A stretch of 64,000 nt of DNA, taken from positions 39,197 to 103,196 of the IMG/VR virus record IMGVR_UViG_3300048060_000061; one strand, written 5' to 3'. The position numbers and the translations under genes are program-made. The DNA comes from a virus. Its lineage: Duplodnaviria; Caudoviricetes. The notes under the pieces were generated by a model. It saw only the letters and a list, made by a program, of their open reading frames with translations. It searched no databases and had not been told where the DNA came from. Each line of letters starts with the position of its first letter. The first letter of the stretch is position 1. Shown in pieces: positions 11,401 through 18,351 of this stretch.

Positions 11401-11733
11401 TTAAGGCCATCACCCAGTAGTGGAGGTGGAGGTTTCGGTTCTCGTATAGGCGGCATACCAGAATTTGGGGAGGGCGGTGTTGTCCCTGGCCCTGTCGGAT
11501 CTCCCCAAATAATTCAGGCACATGGTGGAGAGACTATTTTTCCTACACAACAAAGATCATTTCAGATGATAGCGCCTGTGATTCCAAGTCAGAGCCTCGA
11601 GGTGCTCATGAGCGGTGGCTTTAATATAACTGGCGACGGGCAATCAAATGAGGCAATCCTACAGGCGGCAACTCAGGAGATGACAGAAAATTTCAGAATA
11701 GCAGTTCGTAGGTTAGCACGGAGAAATAACTAG
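8404..11733 (+). CDS. Tail tape measure protein
   Basis: 1109 aa, Ala/Gly-rich helical; DSINEYS...GTDRAIDAINEF minor-tail core; coiled coils; FGEGGVVPG...AHGGE C-terminal motif. Confidence 0.92.
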   Translation: MALEPSGISLQAKGFKDYVKNLDTIEKKQREAFDTEFEGTSKSFAQVTKAAKAYEKELAAVAAAEKKAQQEAEKLAQAQVKAAETARTAQKKQAKEAERSRRAGRTQVGEGVRAIATGDISGGLKNVVGGLKAIGPAAAIATGGLAAVAAGAVVVTTAVGAIGVSVINLAKDTDTATRQIGAGLGITAAQAADKYNKSVQNIFKDNPQAQFGEIAQAITLTERALDGLTDKQLENIAGQAIKISDQFDQDLPKVIGAFEQSMEQLGLTGDQAGDFITASLQRLPVDDAIDSINEYSGTLADMGFAGDEAFSLLLGGAQGAILGTDRAIDAINEFNIRFVEGGDDIKESFATLGLNFDEFRQAAEQGTGTAADAFKAFIQRAGEVDLSITSNRAAVNALGTQFEQLSADTIKALDPDAIGFEDVAGAADKLDERFDTLGGAFQQIRAGALVALAPIGKVVLDLANSIVPKIKAAFEAVRPAIEAFAARVVPAFEFGAAALGRLGESLGLARDGASTFESVLNGVAVVIEGVAGGIEILARVTETFRQIFAFARAGAAAFGSIISDVFSTAIKSIGALGAAFLKLVKLDFAGAGEALKDFEIIGIDDVNKSLDKAGQAAISKFKEIAVDVEEIPIEPVIVPEVEIPAGIDTGLAKPFIEQTQAIKLSEEALESYQGALKQAEDLQRSFSREAEDSALKLIRANEDIARSQAKAEKDLGSKQAKDRDKLLGDQIRELDDFEKDRKKQIAKAEADIRQARKAADEKRKQDQAKLQRELKQAQDSFNLSQLQSERRFKLQETRLIAEGDILAIQQLREDQALQRQEEKENFDESQKGRIQSAEETQKEQGKDLESQLSTLKANLEDQKAELLRSFDEQIEQQRIAQAEERTLQQQKFAEDAAERQIQLAREEEDRRISQQRQIEDLGRSLAEQAGVTAEGTAAIAGELEKVFGIDGVADSIMTGFTEKTENEFTDLFANLEKTASESSLKKILQEVQETALPGTLRPSPSSGGGGFGSRIGGIPEFGEGGVVPGPVGSPQIIQAHGGETIFPTQQRSFQMIAPVIPSQSLEVLMSGGFNITGDGQSNEAILQAATQEMTENFRIAVRRLARRNN

Positions 11734-11825
11734 TGGATGAACTAATAATAGTAATAGTAATTATGATATTCATTCCTATTTTGATTATTGTTGGTCATGT
11801 TTTCCTGGGAAGAAATAGGGGGTAA
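11733..11825 (+). CDS. 30-aa single-TM peptide (not in the ORF track)
   Basis: GTG overlaps the TMP stop; MDELIIVIVIMIFIPILIIVGHVFLGRNRG. Confidence 0.45.
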   Translation: MDELIIVIVIMIFIPILIIVGHVFLGRNRG

Positions 11826-11828
11826 CTG

Positions 11829-12212
11829 ATGGCTAGTGGGGGGACGTATCGAATTGAATCAACGGCAATAAATAAGGAATTTTCAGCGCCGCCTACGACA
11901 TCCTGGGACGAACAGCCAATTGGAGCAGGCTTAAACGGAATCTCGGTAAATTCAGGCTATAAATTACACGAATGGAGTTTTGAAAATATGCTTGGATCAG
12001 ACTATGAAGATCTTGCGTCATTGTTTGACAGCCAGCAATCTAACAATAGTCAATTATCGACATTGGAGACCGATCCGTATGAGGCCGATAAAAGCTGTGA
12101 TAAGTATGGTACGAAAGAATATTCCGATTTTGTGATTTTGAATATTGCGCCTCGAACCAGGGGACTGCCATTATATCAAAGCGTAACTGTTCAGTTCGAA
12201 ATTTTTGCATAA
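11829..12212 (+). CDS. Putative distal tail protein
   Basis: Size and position immediately after the TMP. Confidence 0.5.
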   Translation: MASGGTYRIESTAINKEFSAPPTTSWDEQPIGAGLNGISVNSGYKLHEWSFENMLGSDYEDLASLFDSQQSNNSQLSTLETDPYEADKSCDKYGTKEYSDFVILNIAPRTRGLPLYQSVTVQFEIFA

Positions 12213-12326
12213 AAAAAAGAGCGGGCTTTTTTTCTCACTCTTATCCTTGTCTTACCCAACCTAGCTAAAACTCACCGTATCGGACCTAAATTGTAAATAT
12301 GCTTCACGATTCATTGCCATAACTTG

Positions 12327-12569
12327 TTAACCTCTTTGCCTTTCTAGGATTTGATAACGCCGTTCGCGAATACTGCTGGTAATTGCCGTATGGCAGATTT
12401 CACATAACGTTACAAGATCATTATTAACATTTTCTTTGGGTATTCTTCCGTAAGCTGATGGCTTATGATGTATTTGCAAGCCATCTTTACTACCACATGT
12501 CTTGCATTCGTATCGGTCTATCTGCCCACCATCCGAACTTTTTGACTTGTTTGAGCCATTGTTTCTTGG
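12327..12569 (-). pseudogene. HNH endonuclease remnant
   Basis: Start-less frame encodes CKTCGSKDGLQIHHK...DLVTLCEICH; in-frame TGA at 12570-12572 upstream. Confidence 0.6.
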
Positions 12570-12684
12570 TCATTACCAAACCATATGTAACCAATTCATA
12601 CCGAATGTCGGCCCTGATCGGCTGTGGTATAGTACCTAAGACAAATTATTTTTTTCATCATTTCAGTTTTCCTTTGGCGTCTTC

Positions 12685-12900
12685 TCAGGCTTCTATGAAT
12701 AATGTATTAATTTCTTTGATTCTATCAAGATAGTTTTTGGTCATAGAAATACCATGCTCATCCTCTCCAAGACCATTTTCAACTAAATCTGAAGCGAACG
12801 ATTGAATAGCTACCCGGACGGTCATAGCTTGACCAGTCGTTAATAATGTTCCGTTTACTATGATTTTTGGTTCATCAATTGAAAAAGTAGGCTTATTCAT
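12685..12900 (-). CDS. Hypothetical protein
   Basis: 71-aa ORF with RBS. Confidence 0.6.
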   Translation of the reverse strand: MNKPTFSIDEPKIIVNGTLLTTGQAMTVRVAIQSFASDLVENGLGEDEHGISMTKNYLDRIKEINTLFIEA

Positions 12901-12946
12901 TTTATTACCTTTGTTGTTTTCTGGTCAGTATGCCGTCTTATTTTGT

Positions 12947-13210
12947 TTACACACACCATCCGCAATGCCCAAAACTCAGTTTTACTTCTAGCATCCTGAC
13001 TATCTTTTCGTATTCTTCTTCAGATATATTGTATTTTTCTAAAATGAACTGAGTAGATGGCTTGCCTTCGAAAATCATATTACCACACCCGTACATCCCG
13101 GGATTGTTATCATGTTGATTTCCAAATTCCCTGCTATCGCCTTTCACTTGATTTATGATAAATTTAGATGTGCTACATAATGTATCGGGTACTTCTAATT
13201 CTACTTTCAT
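12947..13210 (-). CDS. Hypothetical protein
   Basis: 87-aa ORF ending CGWCV; AAAGGA RBS. Confidence 0.6.
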   Translation of the reverse strand: MKVELEVPDTLCSTSKFIINQVKGDSREFGNQHDNNPGMYGCGNMIFEGKPSTQFILEKYNISEEEYEKIVRMLEVKLSFGHCGWCV

Positions 13211-13259
13211 TTTCTAAGTCCTTTCATTTTCTAAGTCAGTCAATCCTTAACTCCCCTTT

Positions 13260-13289
13260 ACTATACCACGAAGTATATGGTTCTGTCAA
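13260..13289 (-). promoter_or_regulatory. Repeated early-type promoter
   Basis: TTGACA-18-TATAGT with conserved TATACTTCGT spacer; also at 23133, 53226 and 55041. Confidence 0.7.
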
Positions 13290-13352
13290 CCCCCAATCTA
13301 ATATGTGCTGCGCAAGCACTTACGAGTTTCCATTACCGATACCATACAAAAA

Positions 13353-13425
13353 TACCCCCGGCAGGACTCGAACCTGCATCTTCTGGGCCTAAACCAGATG
13401 CCTCTACCAATTGCGCTACGGGGGC
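13353..13425 (-). tRNA. tRNA-Leu(TAG), short variable loop
   Basis: GCCCCCG acceptor; TCTGG-TTTAGGC-CCAGA anticodon arm; GGTTCGAGTCC T-arm. Confidence 0.85.
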
Positions 13426-13431
13426 ATAAAG

Positions 13432-13515
13432 CGGAAGGGGCGGGACTCGAACCCGCAGACGTTTTACCGCTTACCTCATTAGCAGTGAGGCTCCTTACCA
13501 TTCGGACACCCTTCC
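13432..13515 (-). tRNA. tRNA-Ser(GCT)
   Basis: CCTCA-CTGCTAA-TGAGG; long variable arm; G73. Confidence 0.92.
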
Positions 13516-13522
13516 AAAATAG

Positions 13523-13610
13523 CGGATGGAGTGGGACTTGAACCCACACGGCTTTTACACCCAACTGTTTTCAAGACAGTGGCCCGTAGACCCACTTGGC
13601 TTATCCATCC
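13523..13610 (-). tRNA. tRNA-Ser(TGA)
   Basis: ACTGT-CTTGAAA-ACAGT; long variable arm; G73. Confidence 0.92.
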
Positions 13611-13613
13611 AAA

Positions 13614-13698
13614 AGGGGAATGATGGAATTGAACCATCTGCTAACCACCTGTCATATTTAAGCAAGTGTTTTACAGACACCCGACAGGAACATTCCCC
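13614..13698 (-). tRNA. Atypical tRNA-Tyr(GTA)-like RNA lacking a canonical D-arm
   Basis: GGGGAAT/ATTCCCC acceptor; GGTGT-CTGTAAA-ACACT; GATGG-TTCAATT-CCATC T-arm; only ~10 nt in the D region. Confidence 0.6.
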
Positions 13699-13702
13699 AT
13701 AA

Positions 13703-13777
13703 TGGCCCCTCCCGGATTCGAACCGGGACTGTCTGCATTTTAAGTGCAGTGCCTCATACCAATTGCGCTAAGGGGCC
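13703..13777 (-). tRNA. tRNA-Leu(TAA), short variable loop
   Basis: GGCCCCT acceptor; CTGCA-CTTAAAA-TGCAG; CCCGG-TTCGAAT-CCGGG. Confidence 0.85.
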
Positions 13778-13910
13778 AAATTATCTTACCTGAAAGTCTA
13801 CTTAAATCGTCTCAACTTCAAACCTACCGTTTCTATTTTCATTTACTTCCCTTTTATCACTAGCCATCATTTGCGATTAAAGTGTACGGTATAGGTATAC
13901 CAGTTTTCCA

Positions 13911-13947
13911 TCGAACCGGGACTGTCTGCATTTTAAGTGCAGTGCCT
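13911..13947. repeat. 37-nt exact copy of tRNA-Leu(TAA) segment 13718-13754
   Basis: TCGAACCGGGACTGTCTGCATTTTAAGTGCAGTGCCT occurs at both positions. Confidence 0.95.
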
Positions 13948-13956
13948 GTTCTTTTT

Positions 13957-14230
13957 ACTTACTCACAAACGCCCGTGGGGAAACCATGCAACACCGGGCC
14001 TGATTTCGGTTTAAAATCACTGATCCTCCAAACGCCCGTGGGGAAACCGACCTCCACAACCCACGATAACCGTTGAACCCACTGATCCTCCAAACGCCCG
14101 TGGGGAAACCGAATTGATCCTTATCAAAACAAACATCCCTGATCCTCCAAACGCCCGTGGGGAAACCTGTGAAGTGGGTTCGCGCATGTTCAACCGCGAA
14201 CCTGATCCTCCAAACGCCCGTGGGGAAACC
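13957..14230 (-). CRISPR. CRISPR array 1: four full 29-nt repeats, one degenerate terminal repeat, four spacers
   Basis: Repeat (minus) GGTTTCCCCACGGGCGTTTGGAGGATCAG at 14202-14230, 14139-14167, 14082-14110, 14020-14048; partial at 13966-13985; spacers 34, 28, 33, 34 nt. Confidence 0.95.
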
Positions 14231-14335
14231 CCTGAAAAGAGCAAATAAAAAGGTAATTCGCTCACTGTTAATATCAGCCGAATAATCTTGGCTGCACGTA
14301 ACTAGTGTCTTGGTTGAGCAGTCCCAACCGTGCAG
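14231..14335 (-). ncRNA. Putative omegaRNA/tracrRNA scaffold overlapping the 3' end of the nuclease gene
   Basis: Hairpins GGTTGG-GACTGC-TCAACC and CAGCC...GGCTG, then GAGCGAATTACC and the 5' strand of a 14-bp stem; TnpB omegaRNAs overlap the ORF end. Confidence 0.7.
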
Positions 14336-15653
14336 ACTTTTCCTCTAGCCTGCGTTCAAATTGCCCGGTTCGTGCTAATAAAATTACCTTAACATCTTTA
14401 TAAGGCGTAAATAACCGTATCTCAGGATCATTCAGCCTGGCCAAGATATTCCGAGCAGCATTTGTATCCGCTTGCAATACCTTCCCGTCGAAACAGTAAA
14501 ACCTATCCCCATTACGATGCCCCAATAGGATACCGTGCCGGGAATCAGTTTGCGAGGTATATGCAGCATTAACTGTTTTAATCGTAGAACCTCTACGATT
14601 AGATACCGATTCTATTGCCTCAGCTATAGCACCCTTCGTCCAACCAGCAAGACGGCGGTTTTGATTCTTGCCGTATGACTTGCCATTTATCGGGTTCGTT
14701 AAATCTTCGGTGACTATAATGTCGGCCTTGTCAACTACTGAATGAGCCGCCTTGAAAATCTTGTCTCTTACATTGGCTGTATGTATACGCTTGCGCTCAT
14801 CCAGCTTTTTACGCCCCAAGTTGTTTTTTAGAATATTATCACACTTATGGGGCTTCGCTTCCGCTATTGCCTTTAGCTTGTTTCTACGTTGATACTTGGT
14901 TTTAAGATAGTCTGATTCCTTACTTAACAATTCTCCTAGTCCTTCACCGTGGTGTTTCCCATCTGAATCTACAAAGACCTCAGTATAACCTTTATCAATT
15001 CCTATAGTCCCATCACCACTGGGTCGAGTAACGCAAACCTTTTCCTCATCAATAGCATAATGTACTTCAATACGTCCATTACGTAGGATCAACCGAAGTG
15101 TTCCCGATGGAGTATTGTTGCTATTCAAAGGGATAGCTATGCGCTTCCCAGATTCCAAGCTCATTACCTTAAGCCAAATCTTACCACCCTTTTCAAAAGT
15201 CGTATAGCATTGGGAATCCAGTACAATCTGATTATCAACCTTGGTTTTACCGTGCTTAAAATATTTACGCATCATACGACGCAAATAACTATCTTTCAAC
15301 CAATTGTCATATTTAAGCAGAGTATAAAGGCGTTTACGCTCGTCATTATCATCAGTCCTTTGGCGTATTGCCTTTCGCACTTTGACTTTGGCAGCTTCAC
15401 GGTAAGTAACTATATCTGCGAAAGTATCTCTTAAGGTTTCATTCCGAAGACGGGCGGCAATATTAAAGTGCCTACCTTCGGCGGTCCATTGATTTCTTAT
15501 TTGACGGTGTGTTAATTCTACACCTTGGACTGAACCAAAGCGTTGCCAGACTTCAGCCCGTAGTTTGCCCAATCGACTAGCCATTTCAGTTAATTGAGCT
15601 AACTTTCCTTCATTAAGATTTTGGCTGTAGATAATCCGAGTAACTTTACTCAT
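14274..15653 (-). CDS. tnpB: TnpB/miniature Cas12-family RNA-guided nuclease (resembles the V-U4/Cas12n clade)
   Basis: 459 aa; RuvC-I GIDKG (D220), RuvC-II VTEDL (E316), NAAYTSQ, RuvC-III ADTNAARNI (D396); degenerate Zn finger; CRISPR array 43 nt downstream. Confidence 0.88.
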   Translation of the reverse strand: MSKVTRIIYSQNLNEGKLAQLTEMASRLGKLRAEVWQRFGSVQGVELTHRQIRNQWTAEGRHFNIAARLRNETLRDTFADIVTYREAAKVKVRKAIRQRTDDNDERKRLYTLLKYDNWLKDSYLRRMMRKYFKHGKTKVDNQIVLDSQCYTTFEKGGKIWLKVMSLESGKRIAIPLNSNNTPSGTLRLILRNGRIEVHYAIDEEKVCVTRPSGDGTIGIDKGYTEVFVDSDGKHHGEGLGELLSKESDYLKTKYQRRNKLKAIAEAKPHKCDNILKNNLGRKKLDERKRIHTANVRDKIFKAAHSVVDKADIIVTEDLTNPINGKSYGKNQNRRLAGWTKGAIAEAIESVSNRRGSTIKTVNAAYTSQTDSRHGILLGHRNGDRFYCFDGKVLQADTNAARNILARLNDPEIRLFTPYKDVKVILLARTGQFERRLEEKSARLGLLNQDTSYVQPRLFG

Positions 15654-15660
15654 CAGATAC

Positions 15661-15867
15661 TTATACTACCTTGTCTTTCTTTTTTACCGTAGGTGGATTG
15701 ACCTGAATATCACCGCTAATTCCCAACAGAATCAGAGCTTCAACATATGATTGCCAGCGAATAAAGCCAGATTTTTTAGCAATATCTATAAGTTTTTCTT
15801 TGAAATCTTTTTCAATCCACATTTGGAGGTTGATTTGATTTTCACGGGTCATATTTTTGCTCCTCAA
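15661..15867 (-). CDS. RHH-like regulator upstream of tnpB
   Basis: INLQMWIEKDFKEKLIDIAKK...SYVEALI pattern; 7-nt gap to tnpB. Confidence 0.55.
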   Translation of the reverse strand: MRSKNMTRENQINLQMWIEKDFKEKLIDIAKKSGFIRWQSYVEALILLGISGDIQVNPPTVKKKDKVV

Positions 15868-15923
15868 TCATATTCAATATACACCTCCTATACAGAATTG
15901 TCAACTCTGGAATAGATATACTA

Positions 15924-16041
15924 TAATTAAGCAAGAATTGATAACTCTTGCTTAATTAGTTATAATGTAGACAAGCAAATATAGCCCGGCGCAAGCCTCG
16001 CACACATCAGGTCCGGAAACTCACCTTCACGGTGAGTTTTT
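15924..16041 (+). promoter_or_regulatory. Promoter, conserved leader and terminator (copy 3) with overlapping palindrome
   Basis: TTGATA(15938)-17-TATAAT(15961); same leader and hairpin; TAATTAAGCAAGA-N9-TCTTGCTTAATTA inverted repeat. Confidence 0.8.
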
Positions 16042-16047
16042 GTTTTT

Positions 16048-16524
16048 ATGGCAACCGCTCCACTACCACAGGCAATAATAGATAGGATTACAGCGAGAAA
16101 TCAGAGCGTCAGGTGGGCCGCAGTCTTACGCGAAGTAAGAGAATTTCGTGCCTACTGCTGCAATATTGATAGCGACGACATTATGAACGTCTCAAAAGAG
16201 CCGGTCGTCATTTTAACTCTGAGTCCAAATCCAATCTGCTTGGGTAGCGCAATGGCCTGGGATTTCACAGGCTCCTATGCTCCCGGCAGTACGGTAACTG
16301 GACGCGATATAAATTTTGGCGATACCAATACAGACAGCGGCGTATCTGGCAATCACACTTATGCAAGTGCAGGAACTTTCACAGTGACCGCTACGGTTAC
16401 TGAGGGCGGAGGGACAACGCAAACAGTAACCGAAGAAGTAAATGTTATTGACTGTAGTGATTCACTTTTATTAAATAATATCTATGCCTCGACCGATGGG
16501 TCAGGTGTTTTTTATTGGGAGTGA
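16048..16524 (+). CDS. PKD-domain tail protein
   Basis: INFGD...NHTYASAGTFTVTATVT PKD motif. Confidence 0.75.
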   Translation: MATAPLPQAIIDRITARNQSVRWAAVLREVREFRAYCCNIDSDDIMNVSKEPVVILTLSPNPICLGSAMAWDFTGSYAPGSTVTGRDINFGDTNTDSGVSGNHTYASAGTFTVTATVTEGGGTTQTVTEEVNVIDCSDSLLLNNIYASTDGSGVFYWE

Positions 16525-16527
16525 TCA

Positions 16528-16731
16528 GTGAACATAGATGTAACCGAAAAAGACAAAACGAAGGCTATTAACCTGAACCTATCCAATCTATCCGATAGGG
16601 TTTATGTTGACGAAAAAATATGGATAGCCACGACCTATGGTGAGATTAAAATAGGCATAGTAGATGGTCCGATTTACAAATTAGTAGGCAAGAAGTTGGT
16701 AGAAAATAATGACCTGGACTGCACGAAATAA
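16528..16731 (+). CDS. Hypothetical protein
   Basis: 67-aa ORF with GGGAG RBS. Confidence 0.45.
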   Translation: MNIDVTEKDKTKAINLNLSNLSDRVYVDEKIWIATTYGEIKIGIVDGPIYKLVGKKLVENNDLDCTK

Positions 16732-17068
16732 CGGTCTAACCGGCACGGCATTAAACGTTAATTACATAGTGCAGCATCCTTCATCCAGACATCGAAATAA
16801 TACCAGCCACGAACTTTTAATTACTACAGATGACGGATTATACCATTCGACTAATGGCGGCCGCTCCTGGGCAAAAATTACGTTACCTGATCCGACTGGT
16901 GGCGGCGCAACGGTCGATGAACTAACGTTTCATTGGGTAGATTATGATCCTACAGATAGCAACATTATTTATGCGCTGGGAATAAAAGTGAGTGCAGATC
17001 AACAGTGGCTTTATAAGTCAAGTGACGGTTTAGCAAGCTGGATTAGTAGATTGGTGGCGACGGCATAA
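16709..17068 (+). CDS. BNR/Asp-box repeat tail protein
   Basis: GLYHSTNGGRSW and LYKSSDGLASW. Confidence 0.7.
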   Translation: MTWTARNNGLTGTALNVNYIVQHPSSRHRNNTSHELLITTDDGLYHSTNGGRSWAKITLPDPTGGGATVDELTFHWVDYDPTDSNIIYALGIKVSADQQWLYKSSDGLASWISRLVATA

Positions 17069-18351
17069 TGGCAACACTAGAAAATATTACCCATGAAAGC
17101 GGACCTCCTGTTTCAGCACATTGGAACACTGTCACTGATCCTGGTGGTAGATTGTCAATTACGAACGCAGCAGCACTAAATGGAACTACGAATGGGTTAC
17201 AGTGTGATTTTTCTACAACCAATAATGCTGATGTAATTGAACCATATACACCACCAGGTAGCGACGAGTTACGGTTAAGGTTTTTTTTTGATCCTAATAG
17301 TGCTGGCACACCTACAGTTACGTCCAGGAATTTGATACAAGTAACGCTAAGTGAGGATGGTACTGTATTTGGCGATCTTTTGGGTAGAATTCGCGTAACC
17401 AAAATTATTACAACAGGCGAATCCAGAACTTTCTTTATACATGGCACTGATGCTAATCCTAGCGGTATTACAAGCGCGACAACTTTTGACATAACTGACG
17501 AATCACATTGCTTTGAGATAAGGGTTAAACGGGCTTCGTCAGCAGTGGCGAATGATGGAGAGGTGGAATTTTTTGTTGATGAAGTTTCTAAGGTTAATCT
17601 TGCTTCTATTGATAATTTCGACCTGTTTCCGACAATTGATAATATTTGGGTACGGCATAATGTATTAGAAGCTGCAATGGCTGGAACTGATGTATATTCT
17701 GATGAATATCTTCTAACCGATGTCGAAGGAACTGGTTTATGCGTAGCCGTTCCAGCTTTGGGCCTCGCTGCAATGACTAAACCAGCGGATATAGACGCTG
17801 CCGGTGAGTTTGTCTATTTAGCATTATTAGATAGTGGAACCCCAATCCTCACCAAAATTTCAACAGTCCTGGATGCTGACGGCACAACCGTTTTTGATCC
17901 CGGTGCAGGTGATAATATTGGTGTAGAATGTGGGCGTTTTTCATCTGATACCGTTTGGGTAGCTGGCAATTTTGACGGTACAAATGTGGTTGAAAAATCA
18001 GAAGATGGGGGCAGCAGTTTTACGGTGAAAGACGATGGGACTATTGGCGATGTGCGCTCATTTGTTATGGGACCTGATAGTGATGAAAGGATATTAGTTT
18101 TCGATGAAACGAATGGCGATATTCTGGAGACCAGAGACGACGGCGCAAGTTGGGATAGTATCAATGCGAGTGTGACTCCAGAAATTAATGCCATCGCCCG
18201 GCTTGGGGAGAATGTACAGGAAAGCGTTTTCGGGAATGATGGGGCGGCGAATGATAGCGTAAATTATAGCGTAAATAGCGGTGACGATTTGGAAGATTTT
18301 CAGACAGGTGTATATCCGAACGCCAACGCAACACGGGTAATTGTTAACTAA
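17068..18351 (+). CDS. Tail protein (beta-sandwich plus Asp-box repeats)
   Basis: KSEDGGSSF and ETRDDGASW; overlapping start/stop codons in the tail operon. Confidence 0.65.
   Translation: MATLENITHESGPPVSAHWNTVTDPGGRLSITNAAALNGTTNGLQCDFSTTNNADVIEPYTPPGSDELRLRFFFDPNSAGTPTVTSRNLIQVTLSEDGTVFGDLLGRIRVTKIITTGESRTFFIHGTDANPSGITSATTFDITDESHCFEIRVKRASSAVANDGEVEFFVDEVSKVNLASIDNFDLFPTIDNIWVRHNVLEAAMAGTDVYSDEYLLTDVEGTGLCVAVPALGLAAMTKPADIDAAGEFVYLALLDSGTPILTKISTVLDADGTTVFDPGAGDNIGVECGRFSSDTVWVAGNFDGTNVVEKSEDGGSSFTVKDDGTIGDVRSFVMGPDSDERILVFDETNGDILETRDDGASWDSINASVTPEINAIARLGENVQESVFGNDGAANDSVNYSVNSGDDLEDFQTGVYPNANATRVIVN

Noticed and set aside
13300-13347. Possible sixth tRNA
   Set aside because: Only a small hairpin; no T-arm or acceptor stem.
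13353-13777. Stop-codon reassignment suggested by TAG, TGA and TAA anticodons
   Set aside because: These anticodons read CUA, UCA and UUA sense codons, and genes terminate normally at all three stops.
13298-14265. ORFs over the tRNA cluster and array 1 (also 49240-49552 over array 2)
   Set aside because: Spurious translations of RNA genes and repeats.
14274-15900. Intact IS200/IS605 or IS607 element
   Set aside because: No TnpA or serine recombinase and no recognisable left end; the upstream ORF is RHH-like.
16006-16018. TCAGGTCCGGAA resembles the SRP RNA core
   Set aside because: The second half (GGAAGCAGC) is absent and the other two copies read GGTTCGG.
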